From: Massalongia carnosa
Lineage: Eukaryota
Assembly: GCA_965645245.1 (NCBI GenBank)
Contig: OZ287076.1
Span: 496,001-560,000, forward strand
Reading direction: 5' to 3'
DNA length: 64,000 nucleotides
Shown here: in pieces, positions 61,813 through 64,000 of the stretch
How the letters are laid out: every line of letters starts with the position of its first letter
Position numbering within the stretch: position 1 is the stretch's first letter
Program-made: the position numbers and the translations under genes
Notes under the pieces: model-generated
What the model saw: only the letters and a program-made list of their open reading frames with translations
Told to the model about the DNA's origin: nothing
Database searches by the model: none

Positions 61813-64000
61813 TGAAGAGGAGAGGTAATGCTGTGGAGCGTAAGAGCTTCGCAAATATACTCCGTAACAATAGTGTAGCCTGAGTTTAATAATGAGTAAA
61901 AGATTCCCAGAGTTAGGTGTTCGTAGCGCATAGATTTGCAGAATGTAGAGTTTGGGATGCAGTAAAGAATGAGGCACCACACAGTCATGACAGTATTGCG
62001 CCGATATGTGGGATGCATTGATGACCTGTGACCGCATTAACAGGATCTATGGAAGGCATTTAATTATCAGGTGTTACTGGTACCTTCCTGATTTGAGGGT
62101 TTGACGCTAAATGATCTCAAAATTGAAATCGCAAACTTAGGAGGTTAGATCGACTATTCACCCAGTATGAAGCTTCCAGCGTGGTGTTAACACCGTTCTA
62201 TGAGAATTAAGACATACATACTTTGAGCTACCTCCTACTGCTCCTAGTCCTTCATAAAAAGATGAACACCATATGCTACCCTTCCTGCCATGAATCTAAA
62301 TACCAAATGCTATGGTCTCCCATCTCTTCATCCAGCATATGCAATTTTAGCACAAAAAACTGCCACGTCGTAATTGAGCACTCCCACGATTTGCGCCATT
62401 AATTTCCACTACAATAGTAACGATATAATCTAGAGGTATGTTATCGATAGGTTTAGCTTGTGCATGAGTTCCAGCTGAAGCAGGGTTAGCTATTGATAAG
62501 TAGGGGTCTGAAGGTCGTCACCGATTCCTTTCTTGTTGCACACCGCTGGTAAGCGGCTCTAATTTGATATATTAAGGAAATATACGATAAATGATATTTA
62601 GTAGCCTGGAGACTGCTAAAATTAAGGACCTTAGTTAAGAACTCATGAGTGTTGAGAATGGATACACCTGAAGCATGGGTAGTAGTTTAGAAGATGAAAA
62701 CGATGTTCTAAGCACTGAACTAATATTTCATTTATAAGATCCCAATCGACACGAAATAGATTTTCCAAGTAAGCACTTCTTGTAAGATCCAGAGGAATTT
62801 GAAAGAAGACTCGAGGTCTCGGATATAACATCGGGAAGGCACCGACCAAGTCTCGTTCAATACAGAAACGCATGATGCAAATGATTCGGCCACTACTCCT
62901 GTCCTTGTGTAATGCTTCCTTATGTTAAGAGCCAAATTAGTTAACGTTTCGCCATCATTCTTGAGGGCCGAATGGATAGATGCCAACGCCGCTAGATCAT
63001 ATGCGTGCAATTTTGATATCATCATGTGCTTCAAAGACGTTAATCAAGCATGAAGAGCTTGACTTATGTTATTTCCAAGAACAAAATGACAGAGGGTTCT
63101 ACTCTAAAGCTTAAAGCACCAGTCAGTTGGAGTATGCAGGAAGGGCAAGTGATTTTGATGCAGCGTAGAAGATAGAGAGTATAGCCGTAGTTACTCTGCC
63201 CTGCCATTGCTGATCAAGTAGTGTTCATGTGCATAGAGATTAAGGTACCAAGGGAAACCGAAATGGACAAAAATCAGGAGTTTAGGACCCAAACTTCCAG
63301 CTTCATTGAACCCAATCAGAATTATTAATATAAAGACCGGAAAGTATCAGCATCAAAAAAAACACAAATAAATGGCAAGATTATCGGAAGGACACCATGT
63401 CTTAATGGCAATATGTACGGTAAAGACTATTTCTGCCTAAACGGTTATGTGGCATCGGCACTGACCTTGAGGATTTTAAGCTAGTTTGGTGAGATATATT
63501 GTTGGATTTATCCATGGTATGTTTTGTGCTGTCTTTTAGCTACCTTGGCCTAGTTACGTTATGTAATGTACCTAGCGAATTAGACCTGACTAACCGTGTT
63601 TTTTATCCTCGACTCCAACTTCAATTGCTCAACAATGATAGAGTAAAAGAATTATAGTAAATTAATTGCTTTCTTGGACTGGATCACTTGTATTGAATGC
63701 TTTCTTTAGAAAGGATCCGAGTCAAATGGCTATATGTGGAGTGTCTCATAGTTGTATGTACTCTACTCTGTAGACGGGACCGAGTTGTTAAAGTAATCCT
63801 CTAGACTCAGGAGATATCTAATTCAATTAATCTGACTAACAAGTGATCTCATGGGCCATGCAAGCTTGCTCTATCTACTCACAAGGAAACGTTGAAGAAT
63901 CAAAATTGACCATCTTCGAGGAGCTGCAGAGTAGCCCTGCATTACATGCATACTGTGAAATGACAGGACCAAATCATCCGCAAGGATTAAGTAATTAAGT

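Overview
Eukaryotic DNA from a filamentous ascomycete (Pezizomycotina). This is inferred from short GT-AG introns with CTRAY branch sites and from the gene families. About 17 spliced protein genes can be reconstructed: a CENP-B-like HTH protein, RBG1/DRG1, PAS kinase, SEA4/MIOS, an F-box/LRR protein ending in a CaaX box, a GT90 glycosyltransferase, cysteine dioxygenase, an Msg5-type MAPK phosphatase, a conserved disordered protein, TPT1, EFG1, a ferric reductase/NOX-like protein, a DUF7770-like protein, a subtilase, a URH1-type nucleoside hydrolase, parvulin PIN4 and a LIM protein. Two disrupted DNA transposons (pogo/Fot1 and Tc1-like, DD38E spacing) each sit just upstream of a housekeeping gene. 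The 37-55 kb region is gene-poor and accessory-like. The most notable observations are four: (1) a ~100-116 aa in-frame, HRDC-like insertion inside the nucleoside hydrolase, possibly an exitron; (2) an intact secreted subtilase with its catalytic residues replaced; (3) a non-coding 9-mer TACNGAGTA found about 21 times, including a 7-copy cluster with a perfect 22-bp palindrome; (4) alternating C-rich/G-rich skew blocks at gene 3' ends. No tRNA, rRNA or CRISPR array was recognised. All assignments are by eye, with no database search.
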